Of a stretch of DNA of 64,000 nt, positions 1 through 13,449 are shown piece after piece (positions within the stretch are counted from its first letter, which is position 1; each line of letters begins with the position of its first letter). This stretch comes from Octopus sinensis (lineage: Eukaryota), in contig NC_043011.1 in assembly GCF_006345805.1 (NCBI RefSeq), positions 40,560,464 through 40,624,463 on the forward strand, given 5' to 3'. The position numbers and the translations under genes are program-made. The notes beneath the pieces were generated by a model. The model saw only the letters and a program-made list of their open reading frames with translations. It did no database searches and was not told where the DNA came from.

Positions 1-194
1 TGTGTGTGTATGTGTGTGTATGAAAGAACGTGCGCATGCGCTCGCAAATATATATTATGTGTACATATGTGTGGTTAAATTTTGTCTAAACCGCTCAGCC
101 TATTTAAGTTCATTACTAGACACAACCCTACGATGTCTCACTAAAAAACATGTATCTATCTGGAAATCTTAGAATATATTAAATATACCTCAGT

Positions 195-340
195 TTCCAA
201 CTGGTACTTATTTTATCAACCCCGAAAGGATGAAGACAGCAAAGACGGCCTCGGCAGAATATGAACTCCGAACGTAAAGACGGGCGAAATGCCGCTGAAC
301 ATTTTATCCAGCGTGCTTAACGATTCTGCTAGCTCGCCAC
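195..340 (-). mobile_element. tRNA-derived SINE, family A (degenerate)
   Basis: Reverse complement of head GG(T/C)GGCGAGCT.GCAGAA..GTTA.GCAC plus core CTTTCGGGGTTGATAAAATAAGTACCAG. Confidence 0.75.
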
Positions 341-1204
341 CCTCCTTACGGCCGAATATCAGTTCTGACTAAGTGTTTAGAATGCAAATGGCGGCCGTTT
401 GTGGGAAAATATTTATAGCAAAATGTTGGCTTACGAACAAAAATTAAATTTAAAATACAAATAATAATTATAGAAATAAAAATTTGCATATATATCGAGA
501 ATATCTTTTGATAGAAGGTTTTAGAAAATTTAACAAATTCACCTGTATTGACCTAACGCATTACTATTTATGACAATGTTATATGACTTAAGTGAATGGT
601 CCCATGATATGTATGTATGCATATTTGAATGTATACATCAATATTATGTTGGACATACACACATATGTATATATAAATATGTGTATGTGTGTGTGTTAGA
701 ATTATATTTATGCTGCATTCATGTCTAGACTACTTTATCAGAATATTAAATCTATCACAATAGTTGACCAGTATTTATTTCATCCGACTTGGAAGCATAT
801 CTGTTAAAGATAACGTCGACCAGATTAGAGCTCAGAACGTAGAGTCCAAAGCGCTAAAGATTCTAAATTGATATGGTAGAATGGTCGAAGAATATTTACC
901 GAACGTAATATCATTATTCTCTGAAACTTTCTCACATCCATACTAATATGTATTATCAATAACATGCAATTGTCATTGCTGAATTGAGGGCAAAATGATT
1001 CGATTGATACGAATTATAAATATTAGCAATTTCAATACTTATATTCTCATTATAATTTGAAGCTACGCATGTGTCATTTATATAATCGATTTGTATTAAT
1101 GTGTCAATTATCACGCAATTTCCATTTATAATATGTAAACTGATGTCAAATGTATTATACATTAACTAATAACCATTCTATGTGCTAAGGTATCACACGA
1201 TTCT

Positions 1205-3260
1205 GCCGAGGTCGACTTTGTCTTTCATCGTTTCGGGGTCGATTAAATCAGTATCAGTCAACTACTGGTGTCGATGTAATCGACTTCCTTCCTCCCCTCA
1301 AAAACTGTTGGCCCTGTGCCAAAATTGGAAGCCACTTTTCTTCATCATTTCTTCCGGCTTTACGTTTGGAGTTCAAATAACACCGAGGGCGACTTCGCCT
1401 TTGATTCTTTTAGTGTTGATAAAATAGTTACCAGTTGAGTACTGATGTTGATGTAAAATTGCTTGCCTTGTGCCAAAAACTAGAAAGAATTATTTATTAT
1501 TTTTTTTCCAGTTGCTTTTTGTTATTTAATCCGTGGTCACTCTAGCCGTGACTATCCCGTCTGATTGTCCGTCATAGTATATCCAGTATCCAGGATTACG
1601 TCATTCAGTGTAATATTTTCATTAAAACTCTAAGGTAGGATTTGAGTGAAATTTAGTTGCTATTTCTAGCGGATCGAGCAACCACACAGAAGCAATCGCA
1701 TGAGTTGTTTTCACTAAGTACTCACTTATGGTTGATTACAGGAGATTCTTCTGAAATGTATTACAACCACTCAGTTTTGAACAATTAAATAATTTAGTTT
1801 ATACGCACACACATGTATAATGTTTCTTTATATTTTAAATTATATATAAAACAATTTAACATTAAATTGAAGAATTACTTAAGACTTTTAATGGCATACA
1901 TGCTTATTAAAAGAAAAGCTGACAGTGACTTCGAAGTTTCGGTTTCTTTGCCTTCATCAGACTCTCAATATGTCTGTGATTGTAAGGCAACGAGCTAGCA
2001 GAAATGTTAGCACGCCGGGCGAAATGCTTACCAGTATTTCATCTGCTTTTACGTCTGAGTTCAAATCCCGCCGAGGTCGCCTTTACCTTTCATCATTCAT
2101 TTCGGAGTCGATAAATTAAGTACCTGTTGCATACCGGGGTCGATCTAATCGACTGGCCCCCTCCTCCAAAATTTTGGAGCTTGTGCCTAGACTAGAAAGA
2201 ATTGTCTGTGATTGTTGAAAGGAAGACGGGAAGCTATCCGTGACTTTTCCGAATGCGTGCAACAGAATGGAATTTATTAAATTCACCCAAGGACCAAGCG
2301 GTAAAATTAAAACAGGCGACATATTAAGTCTTCCACTCAGCTCATACTACATGCCCTTCTTGTACACGCTAGATAATATTTTTAGCGCTATACCAGATAG
2401 CTTGTAATAGTTTTCCAGTTGCAGAAACCTTTACTAACGCTGTATTTGATATTAATATATGCTTTGTTTGACTGCATCTATTACTGGTTTACCAAATGCT
2501 GTTATATTTTATAGTCAGCCAACGGAGAGCAGTAAAGAAGAAGGAAACTAGTAATACTATAACAATATAAAGAATACAGACTTTCATATCGTAAAATTTC
2601 ATTCATCATTAAAATAAATAGCCTGTTTAGGTGTTTTACGCTCACAAAAGCCTATCGTAAGAAGATTTAATGTTTGAACTAAAATAACAACAAAAGAGTT
2701 TGTCTGAGAAAAGCTGATATATCATACGAACTTTGAGTTTTTATTATTTCAAAGAAAACATTATTTCAATGCTGTTTATTAACATATTTTCTGTTTTAAG
2801 TTTCACTTAACTTTCTGTTAAGACTATTGTAACTTTAAGATGGTAGATCAGTTGCATCGTCAGAACAGCAAACAAGGCGGGTAGATTAGCAGTTTCGTTA
2901 GAACAGCAAACAAAATAGTTTCGAGTAATTTATTCCGGTTCTTTATTTGCTGAGTTCAAATCCTGCTGAAGCCAAATTTGCTTATCAATGATTTCAGTGT
3001 CGATAAAATAAGCACAAATCAATCACTAGGATCGATAGTATTGACCAGTATCCTCCTCCCAAATACCAATCCTTCTGTCTATAGTAGAAACAGTTATTTT
3101 AGTTAAGATCCTTTATGTTGTGAGACAAAATAGTCGAGGTCTACTTTGCCTTTCATCGTTTCGGAGTTTGTAAAATAATCCCCCAATCAAGTGTCAGGAT
3201 CGATTACATAGATTCATCTCCATTTCCAAACTGTAGCCTTGTACCTACGCCAGAAACTTT
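1205..3260 (+). mobile_element. Cluster of degenerate family-A SINE copies (about 1205-1340, 1360-1490, 1985-2200, 2870-3090, 3130-3260)
   Basis: Repeated matches to GAGTTCAAAT.CC.CCGAGGTCGACTTTGCCTTTCATC.TTTCGG.GTCGATAAA..AAGTACC. Confidence 0.7.
1921..1966 (-). ncRNA. Type-I hammerhead ribozyme motif
   Basis: GAGAGT-CTGATGA-A-GG(caaagaaa)CC-GAAA-CTTCGAAG-TC-ACTGTC. Core intact, stem III is the perfect palindrome ACTTCGAAGT, GUC triplet, stem I 5/6 bp. Confidence 0.75.
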
Positions 3261-3789
3261 AATAACTTCATGCTTTTCAAAAATACATTTTTACACCGAA
3301 AATGTAGCTTTTGACTCAAAGTTTACTCAGTATAATACTATACATACGCATAATATTATATTAACTATACTATAAAACTTCCTTATTCTTTCATTTAATT
3401 TAATAGCATTTCCATCTCTCTACATTTCATTTCAATGCTATTATTAACATTTTCATTATTTCAAGTTTTACTTTGTTTAATTTTATTTTAAGAACAATGT
3501 AACTATAACCCATTACTAGAACGACTACGTATTCTACTAATCCATCTCTAATATTCTTTATAACCTCTGCCATATATCTGTATTATGCTGCTTTGTTCAC
3601 CGATACATAAATAACTTTGAATGTCTTTGGCATCAGAAAGTTGTATATTTTTTATATTTTACTGGTCTTTATTTTAAATTCTTGCAAATGACATTGACGT
3701 ATTTTACTAATCCGAATGTCATATCAAGTCCAATATTAAACCAATGTATTGTAAGTGAGCGATTCCAAATATTTGCTTTTAATTAGCAT

Positions 3790-3827
<38 letters not shown>

Positions 3828-3926
3828 TAGATAGATATATAGGTATACATACAAATAAATATATACAATACACATACATATAAACATGCATATATTATAG
3901 ATATACATACATACACACACACACAT

Positions 3927-3968
<42 letters not shown>

Positions 3969-4140
3969 TATTACATACATATATATATGATTATATTATA
4001 TTATATTAAATTAGAGATAAAACCACTATTAGGCAAATCAAACAGTTGAAAAACATAAGCCAATACATAAATTAATTTAAAAATATAAAAGTTAAAATTT
4101 TTTTGTTTAAGTATTTCTGATAATTTAAAAAATATTTCAA

Positions 4141-4688
4141 TTAGCAGTATTTCGTCTGCCTTAACGTTCTGAGTTCAAATTCCACCGAGGTCGACTTTGC
4201 CTTTCATCCTTTCGGGGTCGATTAAATAAGTACCAGTTACGCACTGGGGTCGATGTAATCGGCTTAATCCGTTTGTCTGTTCTTGTTTGTCCCCTCTGTG
4301 TTTAGCCCCTTGTGGGTAATAAAGAAATAGGTATTTGGTCTGTCGTTACGTTCTGAGTTCAAATTCCGCTGAGGTCAACTTTGCCTTTCATCCTTTCTGG
4401 CTCGATAAATTAAGTACCAGTTGCGCACTGGGGTCGATATAATCGACTTAATCCGTTTGTCTGTCCTTGTTTGTCCTCTCTGTGTTTATCCCCTTGTGGG
4501 TTGTAAAGAAATAGAAATAGGTATTTCATCTGTCTTTACGTTCTGAGTTCAAATTCTACTGAGGTCGACTTTGCCTTTCATCCTTTCGGGGCTCGATAAA
4601 TTAAGTACCAGTTGCGTGCTGGGGTCAATCTAATCGACTGGCCCCTCCTCCAAAATTTCGGGCCATGTACCTAGAGTAGAAAAGAATA
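4141..4688 (+). mobile_element. Family-A SINE tandem array (3 cores)
   Basis: B-box motif GTTCTGAGTTCAAATTC at 4166, 4350 and 4540 (spacing 184 and 190). The last core ends in the ...GGCCCCTCCTCCAAAATTTCGGGCC..GAGTAGAAAAGAAT tail. Confidence 0.88.
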
Positions 4689-6074
4689 TTCATATTTGTC
4701 CCTCTCTTCATCAATAGCTACTTTCCCTATCCATCCGAACTTCTTCAGAATTCTTTCTGGTATTGTAGAAGTTTTTTATTTTTTCATTTGTGCATTTATT
4801 TTCGTGATAGAATTGATATATAAAAAGTTTTGTGCACTATAGACAACTACGTTATGGGGCTGGTTTGCTTTGATATTCTGGTTTATCAAGATGAACCGAT
4901 AACGAGTTGTTTGGTGTAACTTGACTAAATATTGGGATAATTTGTAAGTTCTTTATCAGATATATTTGCCAGACGTTCATCAGTTTGTCATTTCCTCATG
5001 TCTTCCATTCATTTGGATGTCATTGTAATTACGTCACTGTTTAAGTTGATATTTCTCCCAAGGTTTGTTTTAGCGTAGCGCCTATTGATTTTAGTATTTT
5101 CCCATACAATCCAGGCGCTGTCCAAAAGTCTTGGACTTCTCTTGCTGTTGAATTAATCTCTTTTTTCCTCTAGCTTGGTCTGAGAAATAAACAGTTTGTT
5201 TTGTTAATAGCAAAAAAAAAGCAACCAAAATAACACGCTGAAATTTCAATGATTTTTTTTAATAATCCTTCCTTATTTAGCCCCACCTCCACTTTTAAGT
5301 GTAGTTTGTCGACAATTTAATAAAGAATTGACAGTTCTCTACTTTTATTTTTTTCGCTTTCACTGCGCATAAGTTTTCAGTATCGTTTGTTCGAGTTTAA
5401 TAACTTGAAGTGAAAAGACTTCGTCCGTCAGACGGTTCAGACTAATTCAGTTAAAAAAAAAGATTAATTTATTTATTCTGGTTGTTTTGATGCTCTAACG
5501 ATCGTATGTGTTGTGTTGTCTCCTTTTTTATCGTTAACCATTACATTCGGGCTTATATTTTATTGATCAATAAAATTTTCGATCACTTGCGATTCTCGAG
5601 CTATTTTTAACTTTAGATTACCTCCTCATATTTTGTTCTTTTTTTTCCGCCATCAATTCATTCTTATCGTTAATCATGTTCCCGTTGTCATTGATGGAGT
5701 TCTCGTTCGTCTTTTGATTGTAGGTACTCTGAAGATTTATCAATGTTGCTTTTGTTGTAGATAATTATTTCCTGCTTCATTTGTTTGTACTTCTATATTC
5801 TTTATATATCTTCCATTCCTTGTATATTTCTAAACATATCTCCATATTTACTATATATTTTCTAGATTCGCAATATATTTCGCTGTTTATAGACTTATAT
5901 TGTTGATTGTAGTGACGTTTTTTTGTATTTTCATCATGTTTTCCTTTCATTTAAGTGTTCTGTTTCCATATCCGATATTGCATGCGTTTATACATAGAGA
6001 AATGTAAAATTATATCTCGATCGGGGTTATTGTCCTTCTCTTAATAATGTGCTGTTGCGGTTGATTTATATTGT

Positions 6075-6259
6075 AGGCGCAGATATAGCTACGTGGTTAA
6101 AATGCTCTCTTTGCAACTTCATGACTTTGGGTTCAGTCCCACTGTGAGGTACTTTGGATTAGGGGCTTCTATTATAGACCCCGACCGGCCAATATGAGTG
6201 AATGTGACAGACGGAACCTGAGTGGAAGCCTCCGCGTGTATGACTATATATATATATAC

Positions 6260-6293
<34 letters not shown>

Positions 6294-6560
6294 CATGCGT
6301 ATCTATATGTCCCCAGACTGCTTAATAACCGGTGTTGGCTTACGTCTCCGTAACTTGATGGTTCGGTAAAAGGAACTAATAGAATAAGTACATGATTCAA
6401 AAATTTTTTAAAAATAGTATTGATGTCGATTTGTTTCGTCAAACCCTTCAAGGAGGTGCTCCAGCACGGTCGCATTCCAGTGATTGAAACGAAATGTAAA
6501 AAACGCGTTCTTGTAATAGCGTTTATGGAGATGGGTCTAGCTACAAATAGGCACATAATA
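6075..6560 (+). mobile_element. tRNA-derived SINE, family B (degenerate, internal TA/TG microsatellite)
   Basis: Head GGCGCAG..TGTGGTTAA..GGGTTCAGTCCCACTG, body GACGGAA.CTGA..GAAGCC, tail CGGTTCGG.AAAAG..AATAAGTAC. Confidence 0.7.
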
Positions 6561-7012
6561 ATGTCTTCAAATTTTAGCACAAGGCTCGTAATTTCGAGGA
6601 AGGGTCTAAGTCGATCTCATCGACCTCCAGGCCTCAACTAGTACTTATTTTATCAACCCCCGAAAAGATAAACAGTAAAGTGGACCTCGGTGGAATTTGA
6701 ACTCGGAACGTAAAGACGAACTAAATGCTGCTTAGCATTTTGTCCGGCGTGCTAACGATTCTGCCAGCTCGCCGCCCTAAATACCCTCATAATATTCTTT
6801 TCTACTCTAGGCACAAGGCCCGAAATTTCTGGGGAGGATGGGTCAGTCGATGACATTGACCCCAGTACGTAACTGGTACTTAATTTATCGACACCGAAAG
6901 GCTGAAAGGCAAAGTCGACCTCGGTGGAATTTGAACTCAGGACATAAAGACAGACGAAACACCGCTAAGCATTCTGTCCTGTGCGCTAACGATTCTGCCA
7001 GCTTGCCGCCTT
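6545..7012 (-). mobile_element. Two head-to-tail family-A SINEs
   Basis: Reverse complements of full head+core+tail at about 6545-6778 and 6788-7011. Confidence 0.85.
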
Positions 7013-8146
7013 AAATATCCACATAATATTGAAACGTATTTCACATGAGATCATTTATGCTTTTCATTAATCCAGCTCTTTATTTTGATTGCTTTCTTTT
7101 TCATCAGTGACCTGCACAGTTTTTAGTAGCAAAATGACGCTTCGCACGTTTTATACTGTTTAACCCTCAAATTAAAATTATACGTCTACGCATTCCATTT
7201 TTAAACTTGAACCCAATGATAAAGTTTTCATTCGTATTGTCCATTAGGTTTTGCTATGAAATGAATTTCTCTGATGACAGCTGAATTGCGCTTCGTTAGT
7301 GTATATACACGCGATGACCAGCCGGAGATTAGTGCGAGCATTAAAACTCTGTAACTTATATTTAGCGATGAGCAATAAAGGAAAGTAAGTTAATGGATTA
7401 CTTTCGCAAGTAGCCATCAACGTTCGTCAGTTTTCTTCTAATTTTACGATTATTTTATCAATATTAATGGATATGTGTGTGTATTATAATATAACATGCA
7501 TGCATATATATATATATAATATATATATATATACGTTTATGTATTTGTTGTGCAAGATTTTTTATTGACTAAACTGGCAATATGACCATTCCAAAATATA
7601 ACAATATATATATATATATATAATAAGATAGATAGATAGATGAATTTGTGTATATATACATTCATGTAGAAAGATACGCACACACATAACATATATATAT
7701 ATATATATATACACACTAATATATACATGTATGTATACACTAATATATATATATATATAAATTTATATTTATATATATGTATGTGAGTGTGTATTTATAT
7801 TTATATAAATGAGAAGTGATAAACATAAGATTATATAATGGAATCGTATATAACTGTATACAGAAGATATTTATATATGAAGTAACAATATCTGGTTTCC
7901 TTCGGTTTCTTCCTTTTTCTTCATTTTTACCACTCGTTCTCATTTTTTTCTTCTTTTCCTCTTGCTATGTGATCGATGTTATTGTCCAACATGTTATTGC
8001 GTGTTGCTTGTTTTGTCAATAATATTTTTGCTTCTCACTCAAGTAACGAAACCATTATTCTTATTTCTTTACTTCGTCGTCACATTTCTGTTCTTACTTG
8101 CTTTAACAGCAACAAGAACATTAACAACAACAACAATAATAATAAG

Positions 8147-8177
<31 letters not shown>

Positions 8178-8412
8178 ATATATGTATGTATGTATATATG
8201 TATGTATGTATATGTATATGTATGTATGTATATGTATGCATGTATATATGTATATATATGTATGTATATATATTTATGTATAAATATGTATGTATATATA
8301 TTTATGTGTAAATATGTATGTATGTATATATATGTATGTATGTATATGTATATATGTATATATATGTATGTATATATTTGTATATATGTACATATATGTA
8401 TGTATATATTTG

Positions 8413-8443
<31 letters not shown>

Positions 8444-8656
8444 GTCTGTGTGTATATATATGTATGTATGTATATGTTTATATATACGTATGTATAAGTA
8501 ATGTTCGTAGCCATATCAACATGGCTATCTGTTCGAAAGGACTTTACTGCGATTTTTAAGCCCAAGACGATATCTCTAGCTGGTTAACAATGCACAGCGG
8601 TATCCGAGGGTCTTGCGAGCAGGAGAGCGAGCCTCTACCACATTCTAGTGACGGGA

Positions 8657-8706
8657 CCAGCAGACCAGCCTGGTTTCGGACTATTTCTGTCTCTCTTCAG
8701 TACTGG
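8657..8706 (-). ncRNA. Canonical type-I hammerhead ribozyme
   Basis: CCAGTA-CTGAAGA-GAGAC(agaaata)GTCC-GAAA-CCA(ggc)TGG-TC-TGCTGG. 6-bp stem I, G-C base of stem II, 4-bp stem III, GUC triplet. Confidence 0.82.
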
Positions 8707-8827
8707 ACATCTCGTCTACTAGAGATATATTCTTTATTATGATAATATTTATCGGACATAGAAAGGACAATACAGGACATCACAAACAAAAAGTGTTCAT
8801 GGGTTCATAAATAAGTTTTATAATATG

Positions 8828-9255
8828 ATATCTCTTTACTCTTTTACTTGTTTCAGTTATTTGATTGCGGCCGTGCTGGAGCACCGCCTTTAGTCGAGCA
8901 AATCGACCCCGGGACTTATTCTTTGTAAGCCCAGTACTTATTCTATCGGTCTATTTTGCCGAACCGCTAAGTGACGGGGACGTAAACACACCAGCATCGG
9001 TTGTCAAGCAATGCTAGGGGGACAAACACAGACACACAAACCCACACACACATACTTATATATATATATATATATATATACATATATACGACAGGCTTCT
9101 TTCAGTTTCCGTCTACCAAATCCACTCACAAGGCATTGGTCTGCCCGGGGCTATAGCAGACGACACTTGCCCAAGATGCCACGCAGTGGGACTGAACCCG
9201 GAACCATGTGGTTGGTTAGCAAGCTACTTACCACACAGCCACTCCTGCGCCTATA
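8828..9255 (-). mobile_element. Family-B SINE, full length
   Basis: Reverse complement of GGCGCAGGAGTGGCTGTGTGGTAAGTAGC..GGGTTCAGTCCCACTGCGTGGCATCTTGGGCAAGTG.. through the tail ..GAAACAAGTAAAAGAGTAAA. Confidence 0.92.
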
Positions 9256-9364
9256 TATTTAAATATAATTTTAAAAAATTTAATTTGACTGTGAAGTCCA
9301 CCGGCTACATCGTACTACTTTACTATGGTTGAAATTAAGCAGGATCATTCACCCCCAAGTTTCT

Positions 9365-9560
9365 TTCCACACTCTTCCATCTTTTCCCTTATACATACAG
9401 GCGTCTTTTCTCCAGCCCTATCTTGCTCTTCAGATAACACCTGAAGTAGTATAGAAAGCCGGAGCCGGAAATGAATGTTCCCGTCGCGATTCCTTTCATT
9501 CTTGATTTCCATGTACACTCAGTACTGCATAGGATATACGCCTTACCTTCCTTTAACAGT
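9365..9560 (-). pseudogene. Tx1/L1-type LINE ORF2 C-terminal fragment
   Basis: ECTWKSRMKGIATGTFISGSGFLYYFRCYLKSKIGLEKRRL aligns with KEAVWKTRIKGIKTGNFISGHDLRSFFTFHLKRKVWLEK at 57.2-57.3 kb. Confidence 0.75.
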
Positions 9561-9654
9561 CCGGGTGGCGGCGTAATCTTAATCATGGATTCAGCTGATA
9601 GCTGTACTCTTCCCAGATGCGACAATACGTTTCTGCGTAAATTATCAAGCCTTT

Positions 9655-9785
9655 ACCTTCGTCACATGTTACAACTGAGTGAACTAGAACAACGTGGAAT
9701 GAAGTGTTTTGCTCAAGAACATAACGCACAACCGGTCTGGGAATCGAACCTACAATCTCACGATCGTGGATGCAACATTTCTAAC
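9655..9785 (-). mobile_element. tRNA-derived SINE, family C (also at 43125-43335)
   Basis: Shared GGAGCAACGTGAAATGAAGTG.TTTGC.CAAGAAC.CAA.GCA..CC..T.GGGAATCGAA.C on the plus strand, i.e. a minus-strand B-box GTT(T)CGATTCCC. Confidence 0.75.
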
Positions 9786-9947
9786 ACAAACACACACATT
9801 CATAAGAATATATATATATATATATATATAAATTAGAGAAAACCACTATTATATTATATATTTATATTGTGAAATTTGATTTAATACTAAACTGAATTTT
9901 TCCCTGAAAGTTTGGAGTTATACTCCCTATTATCATTATTATTATTA

Positions 9948-9986
<39 letters not shown>

Positions 9987-10764
9987 CTCTGTATATGATA
10001 TATGCTGTGTACCAAACTTTGTTCGTACATGATTAGGCACATCTCTAGCAAATCGAAGTGGGGGGTATGATATGAAAAGACTAAAAAACCCCTAAAGCTT
10101 TGAAGATATTACTATTAATAAATGGTTGTAATAGAATTTGGATATTTCTTGTAACATCGTAAATTTGCATTTTGTAATATCGATTACAAAATAGCGTGCA
10201 GGAAGTTCAACCTAATCCTAAATAGAAATTGTTGGAAGACGACGAGGAACTAGATTTATTGGTGTCAACACTCGAGGCTCACAGCGATCATATCTGCAAC
10301 TAAATCGGTAAGAATCTGGTAACAGATTAACAGCTAAGGTGAATAAGTTTAAATATGAAAGGTAACACGTTGAAATACGCCATAATCGTTAAGGATCACG
10401 TAGTTAAATAAAGGAGACTTGGTTTCTACAAAGGGGCTTCGATATTATACAATTTAATATGGAAGTAGAAGCAGATAAACTTTTAGATTTATGATGCCTG
10501 ACATAAAAGCTTTATTATAAGGTTAACCTTTGAAGCTGATCCCGAATGAATATTGGAAGATGTTGTTGGTTTTGTTGTTGTTGTTGTTGTGATGGTGGTG
10601 GTGATAGTGCTGTAGTTGTAGGGATGGTATTGTTTAATAAAAAGTCAAAGAGGATAGAGAACTCCCATATGATCAAAAATAGTCCTGCCGTGATAATTTC
10701 GTTATTTTAGGGAGGATTGTATTTTAGGCAGAAAAGATTATATTATGTATGTAATATGTTATAA

Positions 10765-11150
10765 AGGCGGTGAGCTGGCAGAAACGTTAGCGCGCCGGGC
10801 GAAATGCATAGCCATATTTCGTCTGCCGTTACGTTCTGAGTTCAGATTCCGCCGCGGTCGACTTTGCCTTTCATTCTTTCGCGGTCGATAAATTAAGTAC
10901 CAGTTATGCACTAGGGTCGATATAAACGACTTAATCCGTCTGTCCGTGTTTGTCTCCTCTGTGTTTAGCCCCTTGTGAATAGTAAAGAAATAGGTATTTC
11001 AACTGTCTTAACGTTCTGAGTTCAAATTCCGCCGAGGTCGACTTTGCCTTCCATCTTTTCGAGGTCGATAAAATAATTACCAATTGTGTACTGGGATTGA
11101 TGTAATCGACTACTCCCCTCCCCCAAATTTCTGGCCTTGTGCCTATAACA
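10765..11150 (+). mobile_element. Family-A SINE, head plus two cores
   Basis: GGCGGTGAGCTGGCAGAAACGTTAGC head, core, internal tail (..GCCCCTTGTG..TAAAGAAATAG), second core and terminal tail. Confidence 0.88.
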
Positions 11151-12130
11151 CAAAAGGATTACCTAATGTGTTATCCTGTTTTGTTTTGCTCCCTTCTCTG
11201 TCTTCCTTCCTGCTTTCCTTCCATTTTTCTCTCTCTCTCTTTCTTTCTTTCCTTTTCTTTTCCTTCTTTCCTTTATGTAATTTTCTTTTTCCTTTCTCTC
11301 TTTCATTTTTTCCACTCCTTTTTCTTTCTTTTTCTTTCTGTCTTTACTACATCTTGTATTTACACATCTTGCATTCATATCGTACACAAAGTGATCAATA
11401 GCATCGTTAGCTATAGATTTCTAACAGGGAAAATCACAGACTGAATGTATTTCTGATGGCGATGGCGGTAAGAACAATGTCTACGTGCAAATCAGACGAT
11501 ATAAAATACTACATGGTATTTTTTTCTGTTCGCCACACCGATTTTGTTGACCTTTCACAGCATTGCATATATGCAACTCACCGACAAACACATACACACC
11601 TACACACACACACACACACACACATATGATACACGCATACACTACATTTTGTAGCACAGTGCATAGAGAACAACATGAGACCAGTATTTAGAACATCATG
11701 TGTTTCTTTATTGTTCGAAAGATGCGTCTGGGAAGAAAAATCGAATTATTGTTTTCGAAATATTTTGTAGTTATCCATCGATATTCTCAGCACAAGAGTA
11801 TATACAGGAAAAAATAACATAAAGTTGAAGGTAAGATTTCACCTTTAATCAATACATTCTAACGCGTATTTCATTAACAAAAATTTCTATTATGCAAAAA
11901 TTAGAATCAGAATGTATCATCAAGTAATCAGAGATTGTATAAGAAGCCAAAATTTAGTTTTAAGCCACTTTATAGAAGTTTTACAGATACGCCAGTTGTA
12001 GAGGAACAAATTGTTAACGGGTTTGTAGGTTTGTAAATTCCAACGTACCTTGTCGAAGACCTGGAAGAGAAACACTGAATACAAAAACGGTTATGCATGA
12101 ATACGTTCTTCGTAGATTTAAGAAAGTAAG

Positions 12131-12169
<39 letters not shown>

Positions 12170-12349
12170 TGTGTGTGTGCATATGTGGGCACAGGACGTC
12201 ATGAAACGTGAACAACAAAAAATACGAAGCGCAAGTACATGGAACATGAACTATTCTTTCGAACAACGAAAGACACAAATGAAAAACAAAACAAACAACA
12301 TAAAGAACGACCCTTGATCAGTTGTTGGCTGTTTATCTGCTCTCGTATT

Positions 12350-12712
12350 TCGGTGGCACTCCGTCGACACACGACGATGAGAGTTCCCGTTGATCCGATC
12401 AATGGAGCAGCCTGCTCGTGAAATTAACGTGCCAGTGGCTGTGAACTCCTCAGACACGTGTCCCCTTAACGCAGTTCGCGGGGAGATTCAGTGTGTGACA
12501 AGGCTAGCCCTTCGAAATACAGGCACAACAGAAACAGGAAGAAAGAGTGAGAGAAAGTTGCGGTGAAAGAGTAGAGCAGGGTTTGCTACCCACCCCACTG
12601 CCGAAGCCTCGTGGAGCTTTAGATGTTTTCGCTCAATAAACACTTACAATACCCGTTCTGAGACTCGGACCGCCTTTCCGCTGCCCTAACCACTGGGCCA
12701 TTGCGCCTCCAC
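12350..12712 (-). mobile_element. tRNA-derived SINE, family D
   Basis: The minus strand begins GTGGAGGCGCAATGGCCCAGTGGTTAGGGCAGCG (A-box-like), followed by a GC-richer body. Confidence 0.7.
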
Positions 12713-12789
12713 ACGCACCCACATATACCCTTGTGCTCACCTTATAGTGGGTATGTATTTAAATTTCTTCCTCTATCTTTTATTCCTCC

Positions 12790-13400
12790 TCTCATTTGTC
12801 TTCCTTTTTCTCGCTCCCCCTCTCTCATATTTCTTGGCCCTCTCTTTCTTTAACTCCCACTATTTCCCACTCGTTTATTTCCCCAATACTTTTCTCTTTG
12901 TCTCTAATTTTTTCTAATCCTTCAATCCCGCTAATCCTTCTCCTCCTTCCATGTGACCGGTGTCCGACCAGCCATGATCTTTCTTTCTTAGCCGGACTGC
13001 CGACCGCCAACATCTCTTATATCCATCTCCTATGTTCCTGCCCTTAGGCTTTCACTTCACACACGCCAGCTCAATTTGATTCGTTCTCAGTCGGAAGACA
13101 CCTGTTGTTATTTCTTATTGTTTGTATTCGTAATTGTGTACCATGTTCTCCGTTTTTTTGTTTGTTTGCTTTTTTTTTCTTTGTTGCTGTACATATTCGC
13201 TAGCTTTTTTACAAAGCGGTCTAATGCTCATAGCTTAAACTTTAGGGGGGCAGATCGAACCATCTCAAGTGTAACTGTCCGACATGGTCGTGACTTCTGG
13301 TACTTGACCGAAGAAAGAAAGCCACGAATAACTCTTAATTGTTGTTTCTCTTATCTGCCTTTGTGTCGTCTATCTATCCGAATGTTTTAATGTCCTCTAT
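12790..13400. mobile_element. Probable PLE pLTR-derived non-autonomous remnant (pyrimidine-rich)
   Basis: CT-rich tract. 13290-13400 is related, in reverse, to 28345-28490 (ACATCCGGATA..GACGATACAAAG..GTCAAG.ACCAGA). Confidence 0.4.
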
Positions 13401-13414
13401 TGCGTTTTTGTTCC

Positions 13415-13449
<35 letters not shown>

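Noticed and set aside
4690-5900. Possible decayed PLE/LINE coding remnant with CTGAAGAAG at about 4740 (minus)
   Set aside because: I could read no diagnostic motif with confidence; a profile-HMM search would be needed.
10765-10850. tRNA-like heads (A and B boxes) here and in other SINE copies
   Set aside because: They run into SINE bodies and lack a complete cloverleaf, so they are not tRNA genes.
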